Shown: positions 1-12,406 of the stretch, piece by piece
How the letters are laid out: the number at the start of each line of letters is the position of its first letter
Numbering within the stretch: position 1 is the first letter of the stretch
Assembly (NCBI RefSeq): GCF_006345805.1
Contig: NC_043006.1
Location: 84,010,001 to 84,074,000 of the forward strand
Direction: 5' to 3'
Length of the DNA: 64,000 nt
Origin: Octopus sinensis
Lineage: Eukaryota
The notes under the pieces: generated by a model
The model's input: the letters and a program-made list of their open reading frames with translations, nothing else
Databases searched by the model: none
Told to the model about the DNA's origin: nothing
Program-made: the position numbers and the translations under genes

Positions 1-450
1 TGTATATATGTGTGTGTATATATGTATATATGTGTGTGTATATATGTATATATGTGTGTGTATATATGTATATATGTGTGTGTATATATGTATATATATG
101 TGTGTGTATATATGTATATATATGTGTGTGTATATATGTATATATGTGTGTGTATATATGTATATATGTGTGCGTATATATGTATATATGTGTGCGTATG
201 TATGTATATATGTGTGTGTATGTATGTATATATGTGTGTATGTGTGTGTATATATGTGTGTATGTGTGTGTATATGTGTGTATGTGTGTGTATATATGTG
301 TATGTGTGTGTATGTGTGTGTATATGTGCGTGTGTATATATGTATATATGTGTGTGTATATATGTACATATGTATATTTATGTGTATGTATATGGATGTA
401 TATGGATGTATGTATATATATATAAGTATGTATTTATATATACATGTGTA
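1..450. repeat. Compound (TG/TA/TATG) microsatellite
   Basis: Degenerate tatatgtgtgtg repeats read directly; located in the intron upstream of the 834 exon. Confidence 0.95.
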
Positions 451-833
451 TAGGTCTAAAAAGAAGATTGTCGCATATTTTTTTGTGTGTGTCTGTGTTT
501 GTACCCACACCATTGCTTAACAATCGATGTTGTGCTGTGTTTATTTTCCCATAACATAGTGGTTCAGCAAAAGACATTGATAGAATAAATTCTAGGCTTA
601 CAAAGAATAAATCCTGTGGTCATTTTTTCCCGCCAAATGCGGTGCTCCAGCGTGACTGCAGTCAAATGACTGAAACAATTAAAACAAAAACAAAACTGTG
701 CCATTTTAATCCTGAGCAAATCTAATTATCTCTGCTAGTATACTATAAAATAAATTCAACTGAATATGTGCTTTCTCTATATAGTTTGCAGCCTTGTATC
801 AATCTAAAATATATATTTTTATTTTATATATAG

Positions 834-1853
834 GTTCTGGAACTTCCTTCATATTTATTGCCATAAACTGTGGAATTGCTTCCTATTTTGATCAAAGCAG
901 TAGGCAGTTGCTGTCTCTAATTTCCACTGGTGGAGCAGTTGGTGCTATAATTTTCCCTATTTTTGTTTCCAAACTCACAGAACTATATTCTTGGAGAGGC
1001 AGCCTCCTCCTTCTCTGTGCATTTACCATGCATTCTATACCATGTGGTTTGCTGTATTCTTTAAAGAAACTACCTCGGAAATGGGCGCCTTCTGTCAGTA
1101 ATGAAGTAAGAAATGGCCTTTGCAGTAGATCCTATCAAAGTACAGATAAGACACCACAGGAACATTTTGCGAGCCCAAAGAAAACCAAGTTTGATTTAGA
1201 CCAAGCATCAAACGATACAGATGAGTCAGACTCAAAGCCTCAAATGGAAATAGAACATGAAACAGATGGAGCCAATGCTAGCTCAAGACATGAAAATGAT
1301 AACCATTTAAAGGGGGTCAACGTGTGTCAGTCAGATGGCATGTCTCGCCATGAAGAAGAAACCGATGCTAAACTTGGCCAAATACGTATGCTATGCATGA
1401 TATTAAATAATAACACTTATCTTCTACTTCTACTTTCCACAATCGGAGCAGTAAGCTTTATAATGTCATTTGCAACAATTTTACCAGACTACCTTGTGAA
1501 CCGTGGCATGACCCTGGAGGAAAGCACTAGAATATTTGTCATTGCAACAGTTGGGAACATTCCTGCACGGTTTATTACATGTTGGTTACTTTACAAAAAC
1601 ATAGCATCAAGTATAATGATCTTCAACTTATCAGGATTAATTGGTGCCACACTAGCTCTTCTGTATCCCTATTTTGTATCAACATCAATGCTTATCTTAT
1701 TATCCTTCATGATCTTTCTGGCATCAGGATTGGGCCTGTCCGTCTTCTGCGTGACGTTCTTGGAAATCTTTGAAAACAGATTGTACTCTTGTGCTCTAGG
1801 ATTCGCCATGACTTTCTCTGGTCTGGGCCTTCCAGTAAGTGGATACATCATCA
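834..1853 (+). CDS. Penultimate coding exon of an SLC16/monocarboxylate-transporter-like MFS permease (about TM4-TM11 including the large central loop)
   Basis: Pyrimidine tract plus TAG acceptor at 831-833 (phase 1). Translation GSGTSFIFIAINCGIASYF...STGGAVGAIIFPIFVSKLTELYSWRGSLLLL matches the MCT TM4-6 pattern (YF..R...G..vG...P......Y.WRG.ll). A polar loop follows, then six hydrophobic segments. Donor A|GTAAGT at 1854 (phase 1). Upstream exons lie outside the window. Confidence 0.88.
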
Positions 1854-1930
1854 GTAAGTATATTTTTCTCTGTTTACAAATACACATAGACATCATGGTG
1901 TGTGTGTGTGTGTATGTGCATGTGTGTATA

Positions 1931-2132
1931 CGAGGGGGTCCTAAAAAGTTCCTGGTTTTAAGGGTATTGCAAAAGGCCTGGTTGGAATCCCAACACCTGA
2001 GTTCTTTTACAGGGCTTAGAAGAACTGAAGGAAGAACTACTGTAATAAGTGTGTGAGTCTGAGAGGGGAATAAGTTGAATAAAATCATAATTAACTGATT
2101 CTCCTGTATTTTCTTTTACCCAAAGCCAGAAA
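1931..2132 (+). mobile_element. Short internally deleted mariner-type element in the SLC16 intron
   Basis: TA|CGAGGGGGTCCTAAAAAGTTCCTGG left end. The internal remnant translates GLEELKE..NKCVSLRGE*VE*, like a mariner transposase C-terminus. The right end AAAGCCAGAAATTTTCC is a degenerate inverted copy. Confidence 0.6.
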
Positions 2133-2142
2133 TTTTCCAGCA

Positions 2143-2182
<40 letters not shown>

Positions 2183-5029
2183 GAATGAATTATCCTTTGT
2201 TTACCATTAACATGGAAAATTCAATAAACAGTTACCAGGGTAGCAAAATTCACGCAAGTAACACAGATGAAGCGGCCTATTCAAAGGTAGAAACTCCGGG
2301 TTAATGTGCAGTAATTTGTGTAGTATAAGTAAATAAATGGAGTTGAACGAAGATGTTATTAAAATTCTTTTACTTTCAACATATGTTTCGAAGACAACAT
2401 GGTTTTATTCCAAAGAAATAAACAGTGTAAAATGCATATGTCGAAAGTAAAAGAATTTTAATAACATCTTCGTCCAACTCCATTTATTTACTTATATATA
2501 TATACATATATATATATAAATATATGTACATAAGGCAGTGCTCCATCATGGCTGCAGTCAAATGACATGACTGAAACATGTAAAAAGAGTAAAAGAATAT
2601 ACATATGCATGCACAGGTATGGCTGAGTGGGTAATAAGCTTGTTTTGTGACCACATAGTTTTGGGTTCGATCCCACTGTGCAGAATCTTTTGACAAATGT
2701 CACCTGCTATAGCATCGTGCTGACCAATTCCTTGTGAGTAAATTTGGTAGATGGAAACTATGTAGAAGCTTGTTGTGTGTCTGTGAGTATGCCTCTCTAT
2801 TCCACCACTGTATGACAACTGGTGTTGGTTTTGTTTTTATGTCCCAGCAACTGAGCATTAAGTACATAAAAAAAAAAAATTCAGAATTTGGCTCAAGTAG
2901 AAATGTACAAAACAAAAATAGGTGGAATTAAATTAAATTAAATGTGTAGAAACTATATATAAATTAAATATATAAAAACAAATTCAGAATCTAGAAACTT
3001 CATAGCTTATGATCTTTTCCTCAAAAAGATGTGGGGATGCATCAGATTTCAATTAAGCATGGACAAAATTATGACTTAAGGCTTGAAACATATTCAGACA
3101 TTCACTTTTATACATTGGGAGAAGGGGAAGAAGTGTGTGAGTGTGTGTGCATTGTTGTTGTTTGTTCTTTCTCAAGCCATGCCTGGCTCATGAGGGCCAG
3201 TTTCCCGGTTTCCTTGGCGTATAGGTTCCCCACCTGGATGGGACACTTGTCCATCACAGGTGAGCTGCAAGGAGCAGGAGGAAAGAGTGAGAGAAAGTTG
3301 TGGCAAAAGAGTCAGCAAAAGTTTGCCATTATCTTCTGCTGGAGTCACGTGGAACTTAGGTGTTTTGCTCATAAACACACACATCGCCCGGTCTGAGATT
3401 TGAACCTGCAATCCCTCGACCACAAGTCTGCTGCTCTAACCACTAGGCCATGTGCCTCCACTGTGTGTGTGTGCATGTGTGCATGCATACGTGTGTGCAT
3501 GTGTTTCAGCAGGGTAGGTGTGAGAGAGAGAGAGAGAGAGGTTGGGTTGAGAGTGAATGAATGAAAGAAAGCCCAAAAGGATGAACAGAAGAAAGGACGA
3601 ATGGAAGGAAGGACAAAAGAAAGAATTGGCTGTAGATATCAGGTGACTTCATTAACTTTTTTTTTATCACTAATTAGTGTAGAAGGCTCATTTTGGCCAT
3701 TTGAAAATACATGGAAACTCTTAACATCACTTACATTTATTATTTGATGTCTAAATTTACATCATACAATTTGTGACCTGGGCACTGACACAACATTCAC
3801 TGCAATTCTGTTGCAAAGAAAATGACACCAAATAAATGATTAAATGAGAAAAGAGTTTCTGTGGGTGAGGAGTCTTTTTTTTTTGTCCCCCAATGGCTAA
3901 AATATACCTTCTCTGCTGTAATTGCTTTATTTTCAACAAATAGTCTTGTTGCAAATGGAGTTTGTAGGTAAAGCTGTGTATAAGTGACTTAACACCATGC
4001 AAATATTTGATAACTTTTATTTCACTACACAGGTTAGTCATGAGTTAAAGTTTCCTCAACAAGTCAACACATTTCTGCAGCATTCATAAACAGTTAATTA
4101 CAAAAACTCTGAACTTAAACTTTTCAAGACAAGAGAAAACACATTAAATTCATGTCTACCAACTGTAACATCATATCCAGGTTGAGTAGGAGTGTGAAAA
4201 CAACTATTATGAACGGCAAGAGAAAGTGTAGTGCTGGGATGTGGGTTGCCACACGCTGGAGGTTGGTGTTAAAAACAAGCCTTTTTTGACACCTGAACTG
4301 AGACATTCTAGAAGGATCCAGATCGATCTATCACATGAAATCTTGCTGCTGATTGGTCCATAATCCAACTTCTCACGTGAACAAGGAATTGTTGTGCTGT
4401 AACTTCATAATCTGACAACTTGGTTTTGAGTTTTGCTACAGTCTCAAGATCATACTACTTGTCAGACAAGTACAACTTCAATATTTGCCATCTGGTTTCC
4501 TTGAATCATCATCATCATTGTCGTTTAATGTCTGCTTTCCATGCTAGCATGGGTTGGATGTATGACTGAGGGCTGGCGAACCAGATGGCTGCACCAGGCT
4601 TCAATCTTGATCTGGCAGAGTTTCTACAGCCAACCATTCTGAGAGTGTAGTGGGTGCTTTTACATGCCACCGGCATGGGGCCAGTCAGGCGGCACTGGCA
4701 ACGACCTTGCTCGAATCTTTTACACATGCCACCGGCACAGGTGCCAGTAAGGCGACACTGGCAACGATCACACTCGGATGGTGCTCTTACTACCCTACTA
4801 GCACGGGGCTCGAGTGCCAGTAGTGCGACGCTGGTAACGATCACGCTCGAACATAAATGAAGTGATAAGAGGAAATCAGAAAAACCAAATGTGTGTGTAA
4901 GAAATACCTTGTTGTTTCTATTCCCTGTCTTTACATTTTTTTCTCCTTAATTTTTATTTTTCTACTTTATTTATTTGTTGCAGTATCATGCTATGTATAT
5001 AGATTTTGTTTTTTTGTTTTTTCTCACAG

Positions 5030-5166
5030 GTGTTCTCAAAGATCGATATGAAAGCTACGTTCCGTGCTATTATTTTCTAGCTCTATTTTGTTGCTTCACC
5101 ATTGTGCCTTCCCTTATACATGCTTTGGTAACCAAATGGAAAAGAAACACTAATAGTGTTGTTTGA
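5030..5166 (+). CDS. Terminal coding exon of the same SLC16-like transporter
   Basis: Acceptor TTTTTGTTTTTTCTCACAG| at 5029. Phase 1 joins the exon ending at 1853 in frame, giving GYIIS-VLKDRYESYVPCYYFLALFCC, similar to the MCT motif G.l.D.tgsY...fy, then TM12. Stop TGA at 5164-5166. Confidence 0.85.
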
Positions 5167-5207
5167 TTAAATTATACATTTTATATGTGCGTGTGTGTAT
5201 GTGTGTA

Positions 5208-5256
<49 letters not shown>

Positions 5257-5732
5257 CGTCTGAGTATATCAGCATGTGTGTGAGCAAGTGTGTATGCTTT
5301 GGTTGGTGACAATACTAATGGTAATGGTTTTTCTTTTTTTCTTAAACAAAGCAATCTATGATTTATATTTGACAATTATTTCAATGAGACGCGATATTTG
5401 TTTTCGTTTTGTTTCTTTTTTTATTTGCGTCCTCCTTGGAAAAAAAAAACAATCTATACACTGAAAAACAATTCAAAACCTTGTAGACAAAAGCAAGATT
5501 TAAGCAAGGATTTTTATGAAAAAGAAAAAAAAAAGAAATAGAAGAAAAAGGAGAAAAAAGGAAATGTGCATATTTTCAATGATTTCTTTCCATTGATGAC
5601 TGACAAACAGAATACTCAATACATGATGTTGAGTATATGATTTACTTAAATTGGCTTTTTGTGGATTGAGGTTCATAATACAATGACTGTCAAGTGATGA
5701 AACTTGAAAACCTAATTTGGTTTAGCTAAAAT

Positions 5733-5785
<53 letters not shown>

Positions 5786-7005
5786 TACATACTGAGGCAT
5801 ATGTAACAGTTGTTACTAAGATCTCTACATTAATACAATGGAATCTACCTACCTACTTTTTGCAAGAAGCTGCGAACTATGGAATGAAATCAAAGAAATG
5901 ATCTATTAAAAATACATTTACATTATTTTTTGTAAGACTAATAAAGAAATATCTAAAATTGTGATATATATATATTCAGTTTTTCATTTAGTCTTTCAGA
6001 TTATAGCCATGCTGGGATACTGCCTTCTAGGGTTTAGTTGAGTGTATTGACCCTAGTAAATAACTTTGCCTTTCATTCTTTCAGGGTCAATAAAAGTACC
6101 ATAGATGCAAGCATGGCTGTGTGGTAAGAAGCTTGCTTCCCAACCACATGGTTCCAGGTTCAGTCCCATTGTGTGGCACCTTGAACAAGTGTCTTCTACT
6201 ATTGCCTCCGGCTGACCAAATCCTTGTGAATTGATTTTGTAGATGGAAACTGAAAGAAGCTTGTGTATATATGTATATATCTGTGTGTGCGTGAATGTCT
6301 TTGTGTTATCCTAAGGCATCCTAAATGTGATACTATTTTATGATATTACAGTGTCTTAAAATAAGACTGGATGGGCATGGCTGAACCTATAATTGAAGGC
6401 AGTCCAACCGTGACCGTCTTTCTTTTTTTTTTTTTTTTTTTTTGTGACGGTGAGAGTGTAATTTCAGAGTGACTAAATATTGGTTTCAAATTTTGCACAA
6501 GGCTAGCAGTTTCTGGGAGGAGTTAAATCGATTATATCAACCTCAGTGCTCAACAGGTACTTATTTTACCGACCCCGAAAGGATGAAAGGCAAAGTCGAC
6601 CTCGGTGGATTTTGAACTTAGAACGTTAAGACGGACGAAATGTCACTAAACATTTTGCCCGGCGTGCCAACGATTCTGCCAGCACGCCACTTTTGTAACG
6701 TAAATATTAAAAAGAAATACTTTTACATTTTGATTTCAAACACGGCGCTGAGAGTGGACTAAGACTTTTTATTAAGATCGATGATGTAAGAACCAATAAT
6801 ATTTTGAAGAATAAATCGATTCGATTGAGAATGCTGTTTCTTTGCAAATTGTTGCTTTCAGCCAATCAACAAGGGAGAGTAATCTCTGCAAACTTTTATA
6901 GTAGGGGAGATAACTCTCATTAATAGCCACATTTGTCAACCGTTTATTTCCATTTTCGGTTCAATGCCGTAGATTTATTAGAAAGGTTTTTATAGGCAAT
7001 TGTTT

Positions 7006-8741
7006 TAATAATAATAATAATAATAATTGTGTACAGTGCTCAGGTGCACTACAACTCATCTAAAGTGTATATATAATCAGGTGTAGTTTCGGCGGATTTC
7101 GGAAAGCATGAGGGCCTTAAAAGATGCAGTGTCATGGCAGTCAACAACTGATGCAGGCAGTTTATTCCATGCTTCAGCAACTCTGAGCGTGAAAAAATGT
7201 TTCCGAAAGTCATGGGAGCTGTATTGTTTTCTGACTTTGTAGGCATGTCCACGTGTGTTAGACACATGGAGATCAAAAAGGTGTTCAGTGTTGTTGTTGG
7301 TGAGGTGGTTGATAACTTTGTGGGTGTTTACCAAGTCCGTCGCCAAACGCCGGAGCTTCAGTGAATCCATGCCCAGGGAGACAAGGCGCTCAGAATATGG
7401 TAGGTGTCTGATGGAGGGTATGCGTTTGGTTGCACGTCTCTGGACAGATTCCAGGAGGTCAATGTTCTGTGCAAGATAGGGGTTCCAAACTGATGATGCG
7501 AATTCCAAGTGTGGTCGTACCATAGCTGTATACAGTTTTAAATAGATGGCTGGAGAGCGGCTAACAAAAGACCTGCTGAGTGATGCCAAGACACCCTCGG
7601 CCTTCCTGACAATCTTAGAGATATGCTTTGACCAACGCAAATCACTGCTGACAGTGATGCCTAGGTCACGCTCGCAAGAGGATTTCTTGATATCAGTGTT
7701 GTGGAGGGAGTATGTGAACGCAGGGTTTTTTCTCCCAAAATGCATGGTGGTACACTTGTCCACAGCCAGTTTCAGTTGCCAGTCTGTGATCCATTGCTGC
7801 ATTGTGTCTAGGTCTGATTGCAGGAAAGAGTTGTAGACATCAGGATCTGTCCTCTTGATTTCAAGGTACAGCTTGATGTCGTCTGCATATTTCAATACTG
7901 TGGCATTCTTTAAATTGGCATCTATGTCGTTAATGTATGCCACAAACAAGAGGGGACCAAGGACAGATCCCTGTGGTACACCCGATGACATCTCATATGG
8001 TGTAGAGTGCTGTCCTAGAACTGTGACTACCTCCTTTCGGCTGAGGATGAAGGATTTCAACCAGTTAAAAAGGTCATCCCCCACACCCATTGCAGAGAGT
8101 TTCACCATAAGCCTTTTGTGTGGCACAGAGTTGAAAGCCTTAGCAAAGTCAAGGTAGACAACATCCACCCATGAGCCACTGTCAGTAATCTGAGTAATGT
8201 CCTCAAGGAACTCGACAAGCTGGTCACTGCAGCTGGAGTTAGGGACAAATCCATATTGTGAGGGTTGGATGAGACTGTGAGAGCTCCAGAAGTTCCAGAG
8301 TGTTTCTCTGACACACGATTCCATCAGTTTTGCAATACAGCTAGTGAGACTGACTGGGCGATAGTTGACAGGTGATGTGCGGTCGCCCTTTTTGAACAGA
8401 GGAATGACACTGGCAGTTTTCCACTGCTCCGGAGTAGCACCATTGTTGAGACAGTACTGGAAGAAAATAGAAAGCTGGTGTAAAAGGAAGTGCCTGCCAC
8501 GTTTGAGAAGCAGGTATGTAACTCCATCGAGACCAGGGGAGGCATAGTTGCGCTTATTTTGAAGGTGACGTCGCAGCATTGCAGGTGTAAATTCCATAGT
8601 TGTTATGGAGTTTGCTGTTAGTGATGGTGAAGATGGTACATTTTGACTTTCAACAGTGAATATGTTTGCATAGCACTCGGCAATGAGTTCTGCGCATTCC
8701 TTGGGGTCGTCAGTGATCTGGTTTGTGTGAGGGTTGCGAAG
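7006..8741 (-). mobile_element. 5'-truncated CR1-clade LINE (ORF2 RT and C-terminal domain) with (ATT)n tail
   Basis: Open frame 8741 to 7077 with RT motifs YRPVSLTS, QYGF, YLDFAKAFNSV, GVPQGSVLGPLLF, YADD and the CR1-type C-terminus TRGH..K...R.HFFTLRVAEAWNKLP. (TAA)n at 7006-7026 on the + strand. Confidence 0.92.
7077..8741 (-). CDS. Reverse transcriptase ORF2 fragment of the CR1-clade LINE, about 554 uninterrupted codons
   Basis: ORF track 7077..8597 plus 48 in-frame upstream codons (LRNPHTNQITDDPKECAELIAECYANIFT...) with no stop. The endonuclease domain is absent. Confidence 0.85.
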   Translation of the reverse strand, partial: LRNPHTNQITDDPKECAELIAECYANIFTVESQNVPSSPSLTANSITTMEFTPAMLRRHLQNKRNYASPGLDGVTYLLLKRGRHFLLHQLSIFFQYCLNNGATPEQWKTASVIPLFKKGDRTSPVNYRPVSLTSCIAKLMESCVRETLWNFWSSHSLIQPSQYGFVPNSSCSDQLVEFLEDITQITDSGSWVDVVYLDFAKAFNSVPHKRLMVKLSAMGVGDDLFNWLKSFILSRKEVVTVLGQHSTPYEMSSGVPQGSVLGPLLFVAYINDIDANLKNATVLKYADDIKLYLEIKRTDPDVYNSFLQSDLDTMQQWITDWQLKLAVDKCTTMHFGRKNPAFTYSLHNTDIKKSSCERDLGITVSSDLRWSKHISKIVRKAEGVLASLSRSFVSRSPAIYLKLYTAMVRPHLEFASSVWNPYLAQNIDLLESVQRRATKRIPSIRHLPYSERLVSLGMDSLKLRRLATDLVNTHKVINHLTNNNTEHLFDLHVSNTRGHAYKVRKQYSSHDFRKHFFTLRVAEAWNKLPASVVDCHDTASFKALMLSEIRRNYT

Positions 8742-9042
8742 AGTATATAGCCAGTATTTTTTACCAGCACCTGATACATGAACTGGAATGTTAAATCACT
8801 AAAAGCAAATCTAGATAGCTACCTTTTTCTTGTGTCGGTTACTAGACTGCGGCCATGCTGGAGCACCTCTTTGAAGATTTTAGTCAAAGTGACCTCGGTG
8901 CTTTTTTTTTTTTTTTTACGTTTCCTACATATTCTCTCGGTCTCTTTTTGCTGAACAGCTGAGTTACGGCAACGTAAACAAACCAATACTGGTTGTCAAA
9001 CGGTAATGAGGGACAAACACAAGCATAAAAACACATGCACTT

Positions 9043-9096
<54 letters not shown>

Positions 9097-9909
9097 GACT
9101 TTCTTCAGTTTCCGTCTATCAGGTCTACTCATAAGGCTTTGATCGCCCCGGGGCTATAATAGAAGACACTTGCCCAAGGTGCTTCACAGTGGGACTGAAC
9201 CAGGAACAAAGTGGTCGGAGAGCAAACTTCTTACCACACAGCCACCCCTATTCATTACAATTATATTTCATATACTGAGCACGCATTTGAAATGGTGTTA
9301 AATTTAAATAACTATCTATACATCTTACTTAACGTATATATATATATCGTTGATGGGAATGATTCTGTGGGTTTGTCTGAAATAAAATCTTTACTGGTGT
9401 GTTTAAAACAATAATAGGAGTGGGTGTGTAGTAAGAAGCTTACTCCCTACCCACATGGTTCTGGGTTCAATCCTACTGTGTGGCACCTTGGGCAAGTGTC
9501 TTCTACTATAGCCTCAGACAAAACAAAGCCTTGTGAGTGGATTTGGTAGACAGAAACTGAAAGAGGCCTGTCGTGTGTGTGTGTGTGTACACACACACAC
9601 ACACACACACACAGACACACACACACACACACACACACACAGACGTGCGTGTGTAAGTATTTATGTGTCTGTGCTTGTCCCCCCACCATCACTTGAAACC
9701 AATGTTGGTGTGTTTACATCCCCATAACTTAGCGGTTCAGTAAAAGAGTCTAATAGAATTAGTGCTCAGCTTACAAAGAATAAGTCCTGGGATCGATTTG
9801 TTCAACTGAAACAAGTAAAGAAATGTGTATATATGTTTGTGTGTATGTATATATACATGCATATATATGTGTATGTATATATATATATACACATGCATAT
9901 ATATATATA

Positions 9910-9955
<46 letters not shown>

Positions 9956-10005
9956 TACATATATATATGTGTATGTATGTATATATATATATATACACAT
10001 AAATA

Positions 10006-10037
<32 letters not shown>

Positions 10038-10077
10038 GTTAATCCAAACATGAAAACACAACAATGCGAGGATGTGG

Positions 10078-10108
<31 letters not shown>

Positions 10109-12406
10109 CATGTATATACATGTATATATATGAATATATACATACACATATATATACATACATATATACATAGACATATATATATATATATACATATATA
10201 TTTATCATATCAGGACAATTCCCCCTGATGATAACTACCCCCTAGGACAATTGCACCCCACCCCCTTGATTAATTCTGCTGTTATGACTGCCCTTCTTCA
10301 CTCTTTGATTTCATCAAAGATGGGTAGATCTGCTAGTATATATAACATAAACATGCAAACATGCACACACAGCAGTTGTCTTTCGGTTTCCATCGACCAA
10401 ATTTACTCACAAGGCATGTTGTTATTCAAGTGAAGGAATACACCATGGTTTCTCCATTCCACTGTGAGAGCCACAAGTAGAGCAATATTGTTACCTTTAC
10501 GGTGCAGCCTTAGTTTATATTAGTGAACGATATTACCCTACTAATGGCTTCAAATTTTGTCTCAAGGCCAGAAATTACAGGTGAGGGAGTAAGTCGATTA
10601 CATTGACCCAAGTACTCAACTGGTACTTATTTTATTGAACCCAAAAAAGTAAAAGGTAATGTCAACCTTGGTGAAATTTAATTTCTAGAAAAAGTGAAGA
10701 AAAGAAAAATGGTCATGACTTTCTTAATTGGCATGCAAATTACATCTTTGTAGAAATTTATAATAAAATTTGAAGAAGTGTGTCAAACTGAAAAGATCCA
10801 TTGAAGATAACAGTCTGGCTGTGGGCAACCAATTCTGAGATTCCACTAGAATAAAAAGTGAAATCTATGATTCGTTGATTTCTTAACATGGCCAGTTCTC
10901 ATTACATTTTTAGAAGTGAGAAAAGATTTTGGCGTTCATGTCATTCTCAAAGAAATTACTACTACTATTACTACAAATGATGATGATGATGATTAAAATT
11001 GAAGGTGGAGGTAGTTATAACTGGAAATTGAAACTAAGCTGCTCAGATTCAGTTTACAAAAATAATTCCAATTAACTAATTGTAACCATTTTGCCATTTT
11101 TTTTTTCTTTCTGCAAATATATATTTCTTTATTGCCCACAAGGAGCTAAACATAGAGGGGACAAACAAAGACAGACGAAGGGATTAAGTCGATTACATCG
11201 ACCCCAGTGCATAACCGGTACTTTATTTATCAACCCCAAAAGGATGAAAGGCAAAGTCGACCTCGGTGGAATTTGAACTCAGAACGTAAAGACAGACGAA
11301 AAACCTATTTCTTTACTACCCACAAGGGGTTAAACACATAGAGGACAAACAAGGACAGACATAGGTATTAAGTCGATTACATCGACCCCAGTGCATAACT
11401 AGTACTTATTTAATCGATCCTGAAAGGATGAAAGGCAAAGTCAACCTTGGCGGAATTTGAACTCAGAACGTAACGGCAGACGAAATACCGCTAAGCATTT
11501 CACCCGGTGCACTAACGTTTCTGCCAGCTCGCCACCTTTCTTTTTGCAAATATAGTATATCTAAGGTAATATTACATTGATGTAGTTGTTAGACCTGCTG
11601 AAAATAGCAGCTGAATGGCTCTTATATGACACTTGCATCATGAAAGAAAAGACACAATAGATAATGTTGTTTTAACCCTTTTACAGCGGTAAGCAGATAC
11701 AGTACTCAGATATATCCACTCGAAATTTAATTCCCATTAACTGTGGAAAACAATTTTGTATACCACTCTATCTTTTGTTGAGGAATATCATGTTTGAAAC
11801 TATTTTCTCTTGAGAAATGTCAAGCTTACTGAAGCAAAGTGACTTGCAGAAAATACCAATTCTATTTTTTGACAGACATTTAACATCACAACTGGAATAA
11901 TCATAAAATTTGATATCACAGTGAAAGGGTTAATTTCTGTCATTGACTTCTATTCTACATTACCATTATTAGTGAAAGAATAAGAAAGGTTGTCTGTTGT
12001 AGCTAGTAATGGGTATTTGTGCCAGATCATCTCAAGTGTTCAGTGACATAATTCTAAATTCTTCACATAGAATTTGTTCTCGCTCTGATATTTGGCCTTG
12101 TAATGTCGACAGCATTAACAGCAAAACAATTATGAATAATTGAAGTTCTGGTCACATTAATGGCATATGGAACTTTTACTTCTGTTCTCTTTTCGATAAG
12201 AGACTGCTCTACTTTTCGCTAAAATAAATCCATTACCATTATTATGGTTTTGTGTTTGTTTTTCTTTTTTGCATAGAAATGTGATGCTACAGATAGAGTA
12301 ACAATTAGTACATATATGCTGTTGGTGGTGGTTGTGGCGACAGTAGTAGTAGTAGTAGTAGTGCAGCAGCAGTAGTAGTAGTAGTAGTAGTGCAGCAGCA
12401 GTAGTA

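Noticed and set aside
8-520. Long MCVYI/HTYI-type ORFs here and at 9737-10208, 23603-24995, 25127-25429, 30422-30695 and 44172-44553
   Set aside because: They are translations of microsatellites, open in several frames and on both strands.
794-833. TTG start and 3' read-through (to 2056) of the 420-aa ORF
   Set aside because: Both lie in introns. Splice sites at 833 and 1854 explain the homologous part, and the tail runs into (TG)n and a mariner relic.
7255-8547. + strand ORFs overlapping the LINE RT (similarly 39656-42363 over Gypsy and 36357-37639 over hAT)
   Set aside because: They are antisense shadow ORFs of TE coding sequence.
12071-12140. Possible small hydrophobic terminal exon (FVLALIFGLVMSTALTAKQL*)
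   Set aside because: No upstream partner exon or homology could be shown.
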